A stretch of 64,000 nt of DNA from an uncultured Candidatus Melainabacteria bacterium (GCA_947361615.1 CANAJP010000004.1:8216-72215), one strand, 5' to 3'. Positions 46,350 to 55,480 are shown, numbered from the stretch's first letter. The notes: generated from the letters alone by a model not told the origin. Numbers and translations: made by a program.

Positions 46350-48304
46350 TATATTTTCCCTCCTAAAACTAAGCATATTGCGATGATTAAAGCAATGACG
46401 CCGTACCATAAGTATCTTTGAGTGTTACCGCTTTGAATCCAGTAGAATTTAGACAGTAAGTTTTCGTCAAATTTTACGAGCGGATTAATGATGTAGTATT
46501 CAAAGATATCATATATTTTAGATTTGAAAGAAGTTTTTTCAGGGAACAAGTCCTTGATTGGCTTGAATTCCATAACTCTTACGTAGAATGGGTTTAGGAA
46601 GCCCAGAAACGGTCTTGTGAAAGAAGTTGAAGTATATTGAACCTTCGCCGTTCCTTTATCGTAACCGCAGCCCCATGTGTTTCTGACAGTAACGGTTTTT
46701 CCTGAAAGACAAATTTTTCTGACTAAAAGCAATACGCAAATTGTTATTACTAATGTAATGTTGAAGAATGAAATCACAGTAAGGATTTCGACAGGGTAAA
46801 TGAACGGTACGAGTTCAGAAGTTGCGCCGCCGATGAGCAGTATTGAATACTGCGGGAATAAACCGATTAATGATAAAATCACAACCAGCAATACCATCGG
46901 TGCAACCATTGAGAGCGGAACATCAGATTTAACGTGTTCAGCATATTCAGTTCTCGGAGAACCTAAGAAAATTGTGCTGTAAGCGCTTGTAAAAGCCACC
47001 ATCGCGGTTGCACCGACAAACGCTAAACCTGCCATCGCAAGAATCATTACAGGAATTAATAAATAATTAGGAGTGTTGAAAGAGTTCAAAAATCCGTAGT
47101 AGATTAAAAATTCACTGATGAAACCGTTGAACGGAGGTAACGCACAGAGCGCCATTGAACCGATAAGGAAACAGAATGCAGTTTTTGGCATAACTTTAGC
47201 CAATCCGCCAAGTCTTTCCATATCTTTTGTATGAGTTTTATTGTAAACCGCGCCTGCCGCAAAGAACATAAGCGGTTTGAAGATTGCGTGGTTAATAATA
47301 TGCATAAAGCAGCCAAGGAAGCCAAGAGTTTTGAGGCCTACGTTGTGGTACGCAACGCCTAAAATTCCAAGTCCTAAAGCGAGAGTTATGATACCAATGT
47401 TTTCGATTGAAGAATACGCGAGCATTTTTTTGAAATCTCTTTGACCTACCGCGTAAAGAATTCCGAGCAATGCACTGATAAGTCCGATGGCAAGTATTGC
47501 ATAACCTATTGTTGCAGAAGGTTTGCCAAGTAATTGTGTCATTCTGAGAATTCCGTAAATCCCTGTTTTAATCATAACGCCTGACATTAAAGCTGAAATG
47601 TGGCTTGGAGCAACAGGGTGAGCTTTTGGAAGCCATGTGTGAATCGGTACGAGGCCTGCTTTGATACCGAATCCGATAAACATTAAGGTATAAATTAATG
47701 GAGTAACCTGACCGTTGAAGTCAAAGAACCATATACTTCCGGTTTTGATGTTCAAAAGAACGAAACCTGTTATTAAAAATAAAACCCCGATGTGCATAGT
47801 TACCAAGTAACGCATCGCGGTTTTTCTAACTCCTTGTTCGTCTGCATCGAAAAGCATTAATAGGAAAGAGCTGAAACTCATAATTTCCCAGGCGATTAAG
47901 AATGCAAATACATTTTGTGATAATACGACTAAAATCATTGAAACGACGAAAATGTTAAAACAGAAGTAGTGAGAATTAACGCTTTTACCAGCTTCAATGT
48001 ATTTAGCGAGGTATCCTTTGGAGTAAATCATAGCGAGTAGTGAAACTACCGCAATAATAGTAATGAAGAACGCTGACAATCCGTCGAGTGATAAAACAAC
48101 ATTAACCAGAGTGTTGCCGAACTCGAACATAACGTCTTCGTTAAAGCCCTGGCTGGTGAAACCGCCCAGAGTTCCGCCGAGGGCTAAGAGTGTGGCAATA
48201 GAGTTCAAGAAAATCAAATAGTTAGCTTTTTGGTTTTCTTTGAATAGATATTGCGTTGCCGCACCGAATAAATAAATAATTAGGGCTAGTACAATTAGTT
48301 TCAT
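46349..48304 (-). CDS. antiporter-like membrane subunit (HyfB/NuoL-like)
   Basis: WLPKAHPVAPSHISALMSG motif. Start set at MKLIVLALIIYL. Confidence 0.8.
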   Translation of the reverse strand: MKLIVLALIIYLFGAATQYLFKENQKANYLIFLNSIATLLALGGTLGGFTSQGFNEDVMFEFGNTLVNVVLSLDGLSAFFITIIAVVSLLAMIYSKGYLAKYIEAGKSVNSHYFCFNIFVVSMILVVLSQNVFAFLIAWEIMSFSSFLLMLFDADEQGVRKTAMRYLVTMHIGVLFLITGFVLLNIKTGSIWFFDFNGQVTPLIYTLMFIGFGIKAGLVPIHTWLPKAHPVAPSHISALMSGVMIKTGIYGILRMTQLLGKPSATIGYAILAIGLISALLGILYAVGQRDFKKMLAYSSIENIGIITLALGLGILGVAYHNVGLKTLGFLGCFMHIINHAIFKPLMFFAAGAVYNKTHTKDMERLGGLAKVMPKTAFCFLIGSMALCALPPFNGFISEFLIYYGFLNSFNTPNYLLIPVMILAMAGLAFVGATAMVAFTSAYSTIFLGSPRTEYAEHVKSDVPLSMVAPMVLLVVILSLIGLFPQYSILLIGGATSELVPFIYPVEILTVISFFNITLVITICVLLLVRKICLSGKTVTVRNTWGCGYDKGTAKVQYTSTSFTRPFLGFLNPFYVRVMEFKPIKDLFPEKTSFKSKIYDIFEYYIINPLVKFDENLLSKFYWIQSGNTQRYLWYGVIALIIAICLVLGGKI

Positions 48305-48509
48305 ATTTTCTAATATTCCTATCTCTCTTGTTTCAACATCAAATAATACTCCGTAAAGTATAGATTTCAAGCGGAAATTAGAAAACGGGTTCATATTTTT
48401 AACAAAAGGCGAAATGCCTAGTGTAAGAATAGTTTCCGTTGGTTTTATGTGCGTTGCCATCCCGTACTTGGTCGACTGAGTCGACGGCTATAATTGAACC
48501 CACATTTTA

Positions 48510-48557
48510 TTATACGTCTTTAATTATTTCGTTAATATCAACATTGAATGCTTTTGC
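48510..48557 (-). pseudogene. 3' fragment of an XRE-family gene
   Basis: Minus-strand frame encodes AKAFNVDINEIIKDV-stop. Compare ARELGVNINELTKDV-stop at the end of 48816-49031. No N-terminal part is present. Confidence 0.5.
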
Positions 48558-48787
48558 TATTCAAAAAGTTCTTTTATATTAATATTAAGTGCTTTTGCTA
48601 ATCTTTTAGCTGTTGAGATAGTTGTATCTGTTACGCCGCGTTCAATAGCACTCAAATAACTGGGAGATATATTTACCTTAAAGGCAAGTTCGTCTTGGGT
48701 AAGGTTTGCGTTTTTTCGCAAAAAGACGATTTTTTGGCCAAATTTTTTTGTTAATATTTTATCATATTTAAATGCTCGTTTGCCCAT
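48557..48787 (-). CDS. XRE-family HTH regulator (76 aa)
   Basis: LTQDELAFKVNISPSYLSAIERG HTH. Confidence 0.85.
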   Translation of the reverse strand: MGKRAFKYDKILTKKFGQKIVFLRKNANLTQDELAFKVNISPSYLSAIERGVTDTTISTAKRLAKALNINIKELFE

Positions 48788-48815
48788 TATGTCTTTAATG
48801 TACTTTCATTATAAG

Positions 48816-49031
48816 TTATACGTCTTTGGTCAATTCGTTAATATTTACACCTAGTTCACGAGCAATATCAATGATAGTCAGAACATATGTTTCTGTTTTA
48901 CCTGTTTCTATATTGCTGATAGTATCACAAGAAACATTTACCATTTCTGCAAGCTTTTCTTGTGATAAATCTTTTTTCATTCTAGCAAATTTTATGTTTA
49001 ATCCAAGGTTTTTTAATCGTGTATTTTTCAT
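48816..49031 (-). CDS. XRE-family HTH regulator (71 aa)
   Basis: LSQEKLAEMVNVSCDTISNIETG HTH. Confidence 0.85.
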   Translation of the reverse strand: MKNTRLKNLGLNIKFARMKKDLSQEKLAEMVNVSCDTISNIETGKTETYVLTIIDIARELGVNINELTKDV

Positions 49032-49165
49032 TGCTCAATTTTAATATCTTGACAAAAGTCTTACCATGGTATATGCTCAGTTTATCCGGAATGCGTTTCG
49101 GATAATAAGTATATTTTCCATAAATTTTTAAAGTATTCGGCAAGGATGGTGTGATTATGTAAGAT

Positions 49166-49372
49166 TTATTTATCCGGCCAGTATTTAAAAATATCGTTTG
49201 TGTCGCATTCTAGCGCATAACAAAGTTTTTCTAGAGTGTTTAATTCTATACGCGTGATTTTATCGTCATAAATCTTCTTGACCGTGTGGTTATCTAAACC
49301 CGTAATCTTTACGATATCTCTTCTGTCTAATCTCTTCTCGCCCAAGAGTTTTGAAAATCTATTTTCTAACAT
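49166..49372 (-). CDS. XRE-family HTH regulator (68 aa)
   Basis: From the internal ATG: MLENRFSKLLGEKRLDRRDIVKITGLDNHTVKKIYDD. The upstream part of the tracked ORF looks non-coding. Confidence 0.7.
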   Translation of the reverse strand: MLENRFSKLLGEKRLDRRDIVKITGLDNHTVKKIYDDKITRIELNTLEKLCYALECDTNDIFKYWPDK

Positions 49373-49593
49373 ATTAATATAATAACGTATAGGTAAAAAT
49401 AAATCCTTGCTGGTAGTTATAATAACCAGTTGGAGAATTGACATACCAGCAAAAGTAATATATCGTAATTCATGTAAGGAGTTGCGAATGGAAGTACAAA
49501 AATTTAGCATAACAAACACACGAATTTTTACCCCCATTTACCCTTTTTATGTTATACTTTTTTCATAATTTATATTATAAGAGGGAATTTGAT

Positions 49594-51162
49594 ATGGAAA
49601 AATATTATTTGACTACAGCTATTGATTACGTTAACGGTAAGCCACACATCGGACACGCTTATGAAAAGATTTTGACTGACGTTATTGCTCGTCATTATTC
49701 TCAGCGTTGCGATGATGTTTACTTCCTAACAGGTACCGATGAACACGGCGTTAAAATCCAAAAAACCGCAGCCGCTCAAGGTATTACTCCAAAAGAACTT
49801 TGCGATATGAACGCACAATCTTTCAAGGATGCGTGGAAAGCGCTTGATGTTGATTACACTAAGTTCATTAGAACTACTGACGATTATCACGAAGCTGTTG
49901 TTCAAAAAATATTCAAAAAACTTGTTGAGCAAGGCGATATCTACAAACATTCTTACGAGGGCTGGTATTGCTCAGGCTGCGAATGCTTCCTTAACCCGAA
50001 AGATTTGACAGAAGACGGACTTTGCCCTGACCACTTGAAAAAACCGGAAATCGTCAGCGAAGAAAACTACTTCTTTAAGCTTACTAAATATAAAGACGCT
50101 ATTATCAAGCATATCAAAGAAAACCCGACTTTCATCGTGCCTGCGTTCAGAGCAAATGAAGTTTTGAACCAGCTGGAAGATATTCAGGATATTTCGGTTT
50201 CACGTTCTAAATCAAACGTAAGCTGGGGTGTTGATGTTCTTGATGATCCCGAACAGGTTATTTATGTTTGGATTGACGCGCTGTCTAACTACATTACAGC
50301 TATCGGATACGATGTTGACAACGAATCTGATGAGTTCAAAAAATATTGGCCGGTTGATGTTCACGTAATCGGTAAAGATATTTTGAAATTCCACAGCATT
50401 TACTGGATCGGAATTTTGATGGCGCTTGGTTTGCCGCTTCCAAAACATATTTTTGCGCACGGATGGATTACTATTGACGAATCAAAAATGTCAAAATCTT
50501 TGGGCAACGTGATTTCACCGACAAGCGTTATAGAAAATTATAATCTGGAAACTCCTGATGCGTTCAGATATTATATGGCGACTTCTGCGGCTTGCGGACG
50601 TGATGGAAACTATTCCGACGACGACTTCAAAGAAAAAGTTAATGCTCACCTTGCAAACAGCATGGGCAATTTGCTTAACAGAACGCTTTCAATGCTGGTT
50701 AAATACTTTGACGGCGAAATCAAAGAAGAATTTGTTGTGAACCCAGAGTTGAAAAAGCTTGCAGCAAACACTGTTTCATTTGTCAAAACCCACTTTGACA
50801 ATTTTGAAATCGCGGAAGCTGCGCATGAAATTATGACGCTCGTTGACGCTACAAATAAATATGTTACTGACAATGCGCCTTGGACTCTTGCAAAAGAAGA
50901 AAAAATGACAGAATGCGGTTCTGTGCTCAGAACAGTTCTTGAGATTATGTGTACGGTTTCGTCATTAATCTATCCGTTCTGTCCAAATATAGCCCGAGCG
51001 ATGAGTACCCAGTTAGGCTATAATTTGTCGGTTCCTCTTGATGAAGTTGCTAATATAGAGTATAATGCCCTGAAAATTGGTAAACTTATTGAAAAAGAAG
51101 ATATTAAGCCGGTATTTTTGCGCGTAGATAGTGAATTCGCCGACAAATCTTCTAAAAAATAA
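49594..51162 (+). CDS. metG: methionyl-tRNA synthetase
   Basis: PHIGHAYE (HIGH) and KMSKS motifs. Start set at MEKYYLTTAIDY. Confidence 0.95.
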   Translation: MEKYYLTTAIDYVNGKPHIGHAYEKILTDVIARHYSQRCDDVYFLTGTDEHGVKIQKTAAAQGITPKELCDMNAQSFKDAWKALDVDYTKFIRTTDDYHEAVVQKIFKKLVEQGDIYKHSYEGWYCSGCECFLNPKDLTEDGLCPDHLKKPEIVSEENYFFKLTKYKDAIIKHIKENPTFIVPAFRANEVLNQLEDIQDISVSRSKSNVSWGVDVLDDPEQVIYVWIDALSNYITAIGYDVDNESDEFKKYWPVDVHVIGKDILKFHSIYWIGILMALGLPLPKHIFAHGWITIDESKMSKSLGNVISPTSVIENYNLETPDAFRYYMATSAACGRDGNYSDDDFKEKVNAHLANSMGNLLNRTLSMLVKYFDGEIKEEFVVNPELKKLAANTVSFVKTHFDNFEIAEAAHEIMTLVDATNKYVTDNAPWTLAKEEKMTECGSVLRTVLEIMCTVSSLIYPFCPNIARAMSTQLGYNLSVPLDEVANIEYNALKIGKLIEKEDIKPVFLRVDSEFADKSSKK

Positions 51163-51178
51163 CGGAGAGAGAAGTAAA

Positions 51179-51688
51179 ATGAAAAACAATATTACCTTAA
51201 CGGGCATGATGGGCGCCGGCAAATCAATGCTTGCGGAAAGGCTTAGTCGCCATTTGAGCGGGGTTGTAGCAGTCGATACAGATATTTTGATAGAATATCA
51301 TTATAATCAATTTATATCTGATATGTTTGCGCAGAAAGGTGAGAAGTTTTTCAGAGATGCTGAATCAAAAATTCTCAATCTGGTTTATAGTAAGGATAAC
51401 TTGATAGTTGCGCTGGGCGGCGGGGCCTTTGAAAGACCTGAAAACCGCGAACTTATTCAAAAGAACAGCAGGGTTGTATATCTCAAAGCAAGACCCGAAA
51501 CACTTTTCGAGCGTATCGCAAATTGTACTTCACGGCCAATGTTAAAAGAGGGTTTTGGCGTGAAAGAGGTTGAGGAGATTCTCCAACAGCGCGAGGAAAA
51601 TTATAATCAGGCGGATTTCGTCGTTGAAACTGACGGAAAAACGCCTGACGAAATTGTAAAAGAAATTCTAGGATTATTAAATGACTGA
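51179..51688 (+). CDS. aroK: shikimate kinase
   Basis: LTGMMGAGKS Walker A and a LGGGAF motif. Confidence 0.88.
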   Translation: MKNNITLTGMMGAGKSMLAERLSRHLSGVVAVDTDILIEYHYNQFISDMFAQKGEKFFRDAESKILNLVYSKDNLIVALGGGAFERPENRELIQKNSRVVYLKARPETLFERIANCTSRPMLKEGFGVKEVEEILQQREENYNQADFVVETDGKTPDEIVKEILGLLND

Positions 51689-52763
51689 TTTATCACTGAA
51701 CTTAAAATCGCAGGAAAAACAATATAATATATATATAGATAATTATTCGCTTGCGGATTTTAAGTCCAAAATCGTTGAAAATATCGGCGGTAAAAAAGTT
51801 TTGGCCGTGATTTCAAAGAAAGTTGAAAAACTTTATGGTGATAAAATTTTTCCTCTCTGTGATGACGAAAAATTCACTGTATATAAATATATATTGCCAG
51901 ATGGTGAGAAGCACAAAAATTTCAAGAATTATCAACGAATTTTAAATTTTGCACTGAAAAACGGTTTTACGCGCAAAGATTGTGTTTTAGCAATCGGCGG
52001 TGGTGTCGTCGGGGATTTGGCGGGATTTGTTGCCGCGACTTATATGCGCGGGATAGATTTAATTCAGGTGCCGACAACTTTGCTAGCCTGCGTTGACAGT
52101 TCTGTTGGCGGGAAAACCGCTATTGATACAGATTTTGGCAAAAATCTTGTCGGCGCGTTTTATCAGCCAAAAACCGTTATTATTGACGTTAACTTTCTGA
52201 AAACTCTTGATGAAAAGCAGTTTAAGACGGGTCTTGGCGAAGTTGTCAAATATGCGTTTATTGAAAAATCCTGCGGAATGGTCGAATATGAAAATTTGAT
52301 AAACTTTTTGGGTGAGAATTTTGAAAAATTAATGCGAAAAGATGCCAAAATTCTAAAAAAAGTTGTTGAAATTTGCGTTGCCCTGAAAATTTCGGTCGTT
52401 GAAAAAGATGAAAAAGAAAGTGATTTACGTCGAATTTTGAATTTTGGCCACACTCTTGGCCACGCAATAGAAAAATATACAGCTTATAAAAAATATACGC
52501 ATGGTGAAGCGATTGTTCAAGGGATGATTTTTGCGTTTGAACAGGCGTATAAAGTTGGTTTGATTGACGAAAATTATAAATTCGCGGCGTTGAATTTGAT
52601 TTCAAAATTCAATTTTCGCAGTGTCAAAATGCCTAATATGAAAAAACTTGCGAACCTAATGCGTATGGACAAAAAAGCGACTTCCGACAGTATTGTTTTT
52701 GTGCTGCCTAAAGATTACGGACAGGTGCAAATCTGCAAGTTCACTACGGAAGAACTTTCTTAA
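51681..52763 (+). CDS. aroB: 3-dehydroquinate synthase
   Basis: GGGVVGDLAGFVAATYMRGI and NFGHTLGHAIE motifs. Confidence 0.92.
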   Translation: MTDLSLNLKSQEKQYNIYIDNYSLADFKSKIVENIGGKKVLAVISKKVEKLYGDKIFPLCDDEKFTVYKYILPDGEKHKNFKNYQRILNFALKNGFTRKDCVLAIGGGVVGDLAGFVAATYMRGIDLIQVPTTLLACVDSSVGGKTAIDTDFGKNLVGAFYQPKTVIIDVNFLKTLDEKQFKTGLGEVVKYAFIEKSCGMVEYENLINFLGENFEKLMRKDAKILKKVVEICVALKISVVEKDEKESDLRRILNFGHTLGHAIEKYTAYKKYTHGEAIVQGMIFAFEQAYKVGLIDENYKFAALNLISKFNFRSVKMPNMKKLANLMRMDKKATSDSIVFVLPKDYGQVQICKFTTEELS

Positions 52764-53118
52764 ACGTTTTTTTTATAAAGTTCCATGCATTGTTAAATTG
52801 TTTGTTAATCCATTTAACGGGCGCGAATTTTTTGAATTTTGTTACACCGAAAATCAGCGCTGCGCCGGCAATACCGGTAAATAAAACTTTTTTCCATGTC
52901 GGATTGCTGATTAATGGTTTTTCTGCTGGGCTGTAAGTATCTTCCTGTGGTTGTCCGCGCATAACCGCAGTGCTAGGCGGAAGCGGTTGCGGACGGGTTC
53001 TGAACGCAGGATTGCCGATATAGCGCGGCGCTGTGCCGTGCAAGTATGCAGCGCCGTCATAATCAAGAATGCCGTTCGCAGATAGCATATCTAAGCTATT
53101 AACCCAATTTTGTGACAT
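52744..53118 (-). CDS. hypothetical Pro-rich protein with one C-proximal TM helix
   Basis: WKKVLFTGIAGAALIFGV TM segment. Convergent 20-nt overlap with aroB. Confidence 0.45.
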   Translation of the reverse strand: MSQNWVNSLDMLSANGILDYDGAAYLHGTAPRYIGNPAFRTRPQPLPPSTAVMRGQPQEDTYSPAEKPLISNPTWKKVLFTGIAGAALIFGVTKFKKFAPVKWINKQFNNAWNFIKKTFKKVLP

Positions 53119-53226
53119 AAAACATTAACCCTTTACCTATATATAAAGTATTTTGCGTGTAAAAAATTGCTTGTTGCAAATAATTTTTCACGATATAGAA
53201 TATCCGTGAAAGGAGATTTACATAAA

Positions 53227-54114
53227 ATGAGTGAAGTAAGAAAAGAATACACAGCAAGCGACTGTGTTACCCCATCATCCGTTGCCGAAAATATTTGTAA
53301 TAACGTTATGCCCGCAAAAGCAAGCTATGGTAAAATAAAAACTTTAGTTTTAAGTATTGCTGCCGGTGCATTTATTGCATTCGGTGCGCAAGTATCATTA
53401 ACTGTTACAACAGGTTCCGCTGATGTTTTAGGTTTTGGTTTAACAAAACTTCTGGGAGGCCTTGTTTTCGCAGCAGGTTTGATTATGGTAGTTCTTTCAG
53501 GTGCAGAACTATTTACAGGTAACGTTATGATGGCGTTCTCTGTTATCGAAAAGAAAATCAGTTCCTGGCAATTGCTTAGAAACTGGGGTATTGTTTACTT
53601 TGGAAACCTTTTAGGTTCATTGCTTGTTGCTGGTTTGATTTATGCAACAGGATTATGCCACAACTCTCACGAAGAATTGGGCGCATTGGCTATCAATACA
53701 GCATATATGAAGTGTAACCTTACATTCGTTGAAGCGTTTGTAAGAGGTATTCTTTGTAACTGGTTAGTTTGTATGGCTATCTGGATGGCATTTTCAGCAA
53801 AAACTGTTATCGGTAAAATTTTTGCGATTGTGTTCCCTATCACAACATTCTGTGCATCAGGTTATGAACACAGTATTGCAAATATGTTCTTTATTACTAA
53901 CGGTTTGGTTGAAAAATCATCAGAAACTATTGCAGCGGCTTCAATGCTTTCAGCAGATCAGCTTGCAACATTGAACTTAAAATCATTCTTGCTTGGCAAC
54001 CTTGTTCCGGTAACCCTTGGTAATGTTGTCGGTGCGATTGTATTTATCGTGTTGTTATTCTGGACAGCTTACTTAAGACCTGACCACCATAATACAAAAG
54101 AAAATAACAATTAA
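53227..54114 (+). CDS. formate/nitrite transporter family channel (FocA/NirC-like)
   Basis: AGGAG RBS before the ATG at 53227. GAELFTGN, LCNWLVCMA and YEHSIANMF motifs. Confidence 0.88.
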   Translation: MSEVRKEYTASDCVTPSSVAENICNNVMPAKASYGKIKTLVLSIAAGAFIAFGAQVSLTVTTGSADVLGFGLTKLLGGLVFAAGLIMVVLSGAELFTGNVMMAFSVIEKKISSWQLLRNWGIVYFGNLLGSLLVAGLIYATGLCHNSHEELGALAINTAYMKCNLTFVEAFVRGILCNWLVCMAIWMAFSAKTVIGKIFAIVFPITTFCASGYEHSIANMFFITNGLVEKSSETIAAASMLSADQLATLNLKSFLLGNLVPVTLGNVVGAIVFIVLLFWTAYLRPDHHNTKENNN

Positions 54115-54193
54115 AATGAAGCCCTCGCTTGGCGGGGGCTTTACATTTGTAGAAAAATAGTTTAAACTAGGAGTATAAGAAAGGATGGAACTT

Positions 54194-54244
54194 ATGAAAA
54201 AACGTATTGTAAACATTTGCGCAGGGGGGGGGGGGGAGCCCTGA
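54194..54244 (+). CDS. 16-codon mini-ORF ending just after the poly-G tract (MKKRIVNICAGGGGEP)
   Basis: AAGGA lies 8 nt upstream of the ATG at 54194. With 13 G the frame stops at TGA 54242-54244. Confidence 0.3.
   Translation: MKKRIVNICAGGGGEP
54224..54236. repeat. homopolymeric G13 tract
   Basis: gca-GGGGGGGGGGGGG-agcc read directly. Unusual in this AT-rich sequence. Confidence 0.9.
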
Positions 54245-54281
54245 GCCGGTCTTAATTAAAGAATTAGGCGTTACTCCCTCA

Positions 54282-54397
54282 TGTCATGCTGAACTTGTTT
54301 CAGCATCTGTCCCATGTTGCGAACCATTGGGATTTAAAAACGTTGAATACAAAGAGGTACCGTTGGACAGATCCCGAAACGAGTTCGGGATGACAGT
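54282..54397. repeat. MITE-like repeat copy (two inverted half-elements flanking ~52 bp)
   Basis: tgtcatgctgaacttgtttcagcatctgtcc (54282-54312) and tggacagatcccgaaacgagttcgggatgacagtc (54364-54397). Confidence 0.7.
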
Positions 54398-55367
54398 CGC
54401 TGAGCGGCATCCATACACTGGCTTACGGTCAGCGTTTACGATGGCAGAAATTCTGTTATCCCTCACAATCATCGGCGTGGTCGCTGCGATAACGTTGCCA
54501 TCGCTAACCGGAAATATTAACGAGCGGACATGGAACACACAAAGAAAAGCGCTTTATGCAAGATTTTCACAGGCAATGGCACTAATGCCTGCTCTTAATG
54601 GTTATGGAACATTTGTCGCAGCAACAGGTAGTGCATCAGCAGTGGATAATTGTGCGGAAACTTTTGTTACAAGCGGGCTTTCAAAGGTTCTTAAAATTAA
54701 TAATATATGCGATAGCGAGCATTTGGCTGATTGTGGTATCCCTACAAAATTTACAAATTTAGCCGGTAGTCAGATTGGTAGTTTTCCAAAAAATATTGGT
54801 GAAATGAATAGCTTGTTTACAAGTCGAGGTATTGATGGAACAATTAATCCTCAAAAAGATATAGATACTAAAGCGGCAGCGTTTGAAACCCAAAATGGCG
54901 AGTCAATAGCCGTATATTATAATCCAAGCTGTGAAAGTGATATGCAGGAAGTAAATAATGTCTTTGTACAAACTAAAATGTGTGCCAATTTTGTTTACGA
55001 TTTGAACGGAAATAAAGGCCCTAACACTGTGGGCAAAGATATTGGTTTTATTTCGGTTCTTTATTCAAGTGATCCTATAGTTGTTTCCCCATTGCCACTT
55101 ACAAGTGATGTTTCCAATATAGGAACATCTACGAATACAAGTACTCTTTGTAAAACACAGGATGCGGAGAGTCGCGCTCCTAATCGTGATGAACTTTCTG
55201 CCATGTTTTTTAATAAGAAGTTTTTAGGTATAGAAAGAGGTTTGTACTGGTCAACTGCAGTAAAGTCTAGCTCTAATAATATGTGGCACCAAAGTTTTGA
55301 TACAGGACGACGTTATGTTGGAGCTCCTGGTAGTGCCGCATTCCTCAGATGTGTGAAACGAAATTAA
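54390..55367 (+). CDS. prepilin-type N-terminal cleavage/methylation-domain protein with a DUF1566-like C-terminal domain
   Basis: Leader MTVAERHPYTGLRSA, then FTMAEILLSLTIIGVVAAITLPSL. C-terminus ...RDELSAMFFNKKFLGI...YWSTAV...FLRCVKR. The start is uncertain (the tracked ORF uses TTG 54327). Confidence 0.7.
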   Translation: MTVAERHPYTGLRSAFTMAEILLSLTIIGVVAAITLPSLTGNINERTWNTQRKALYARFSQAMALMPALNGYGTFVAATGSASAVDNCAETFVTSGLSKVLKINNICDSEHLADCGIPTKFTNLAGSQIGSFPKNIGEMNSLFTSRGIDGTINPQKDIDTKAAAFETQNGESIAVYYNPSCESDMQEVNNVFVQTKMCANFVYDLNGNKGPNTVGKDIGFISVLYSSDPIVVSPLPLTSDVSNIGTSTNTSTLCKTQDAESRAPNRDELSAMFFNKKFLGIERGLYWSTAVKSSSNNMWHQSFDTGRRYVGAPGSAAFLRCVKRN

Positions 55368-55380
55368 GCAAAACTTTTGC

Positions 55381-55412
55381 AGGGCGGGGCTTTTAAGCCC
55401 CGCCCTCTTTTG
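55381..55412 (+). terminator. strong intrinsic terminator
   Basis: AGGGCGGGGC-ttttaa-GCCCCGCCCT followed by cttttg. Confidence 0.85.
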
Positions 55413-55480
55413 TGTTTGCAATTAAAACATGTTTTATGTAAAATATACCCATTGTAAAAGCTTTATAGAGGACATTTACT

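Noticed and set aside
54224-54236. Poly-G tract as a pure sequencing artefact.
   Set aside because: Not fully rejected. It lies mid-contig, flanked by unique sequence, with a frame geometry that makes biological sense, so it is kept as a finding. The artefact possibility is flagged there for checking against raw reads.
54284-54538. 84-aa minus-strand ORF ending in …DAETSSA.
   Set aside because: It is antisense to the prepilin-type gene, and its C-terminus is a translated repeat element.
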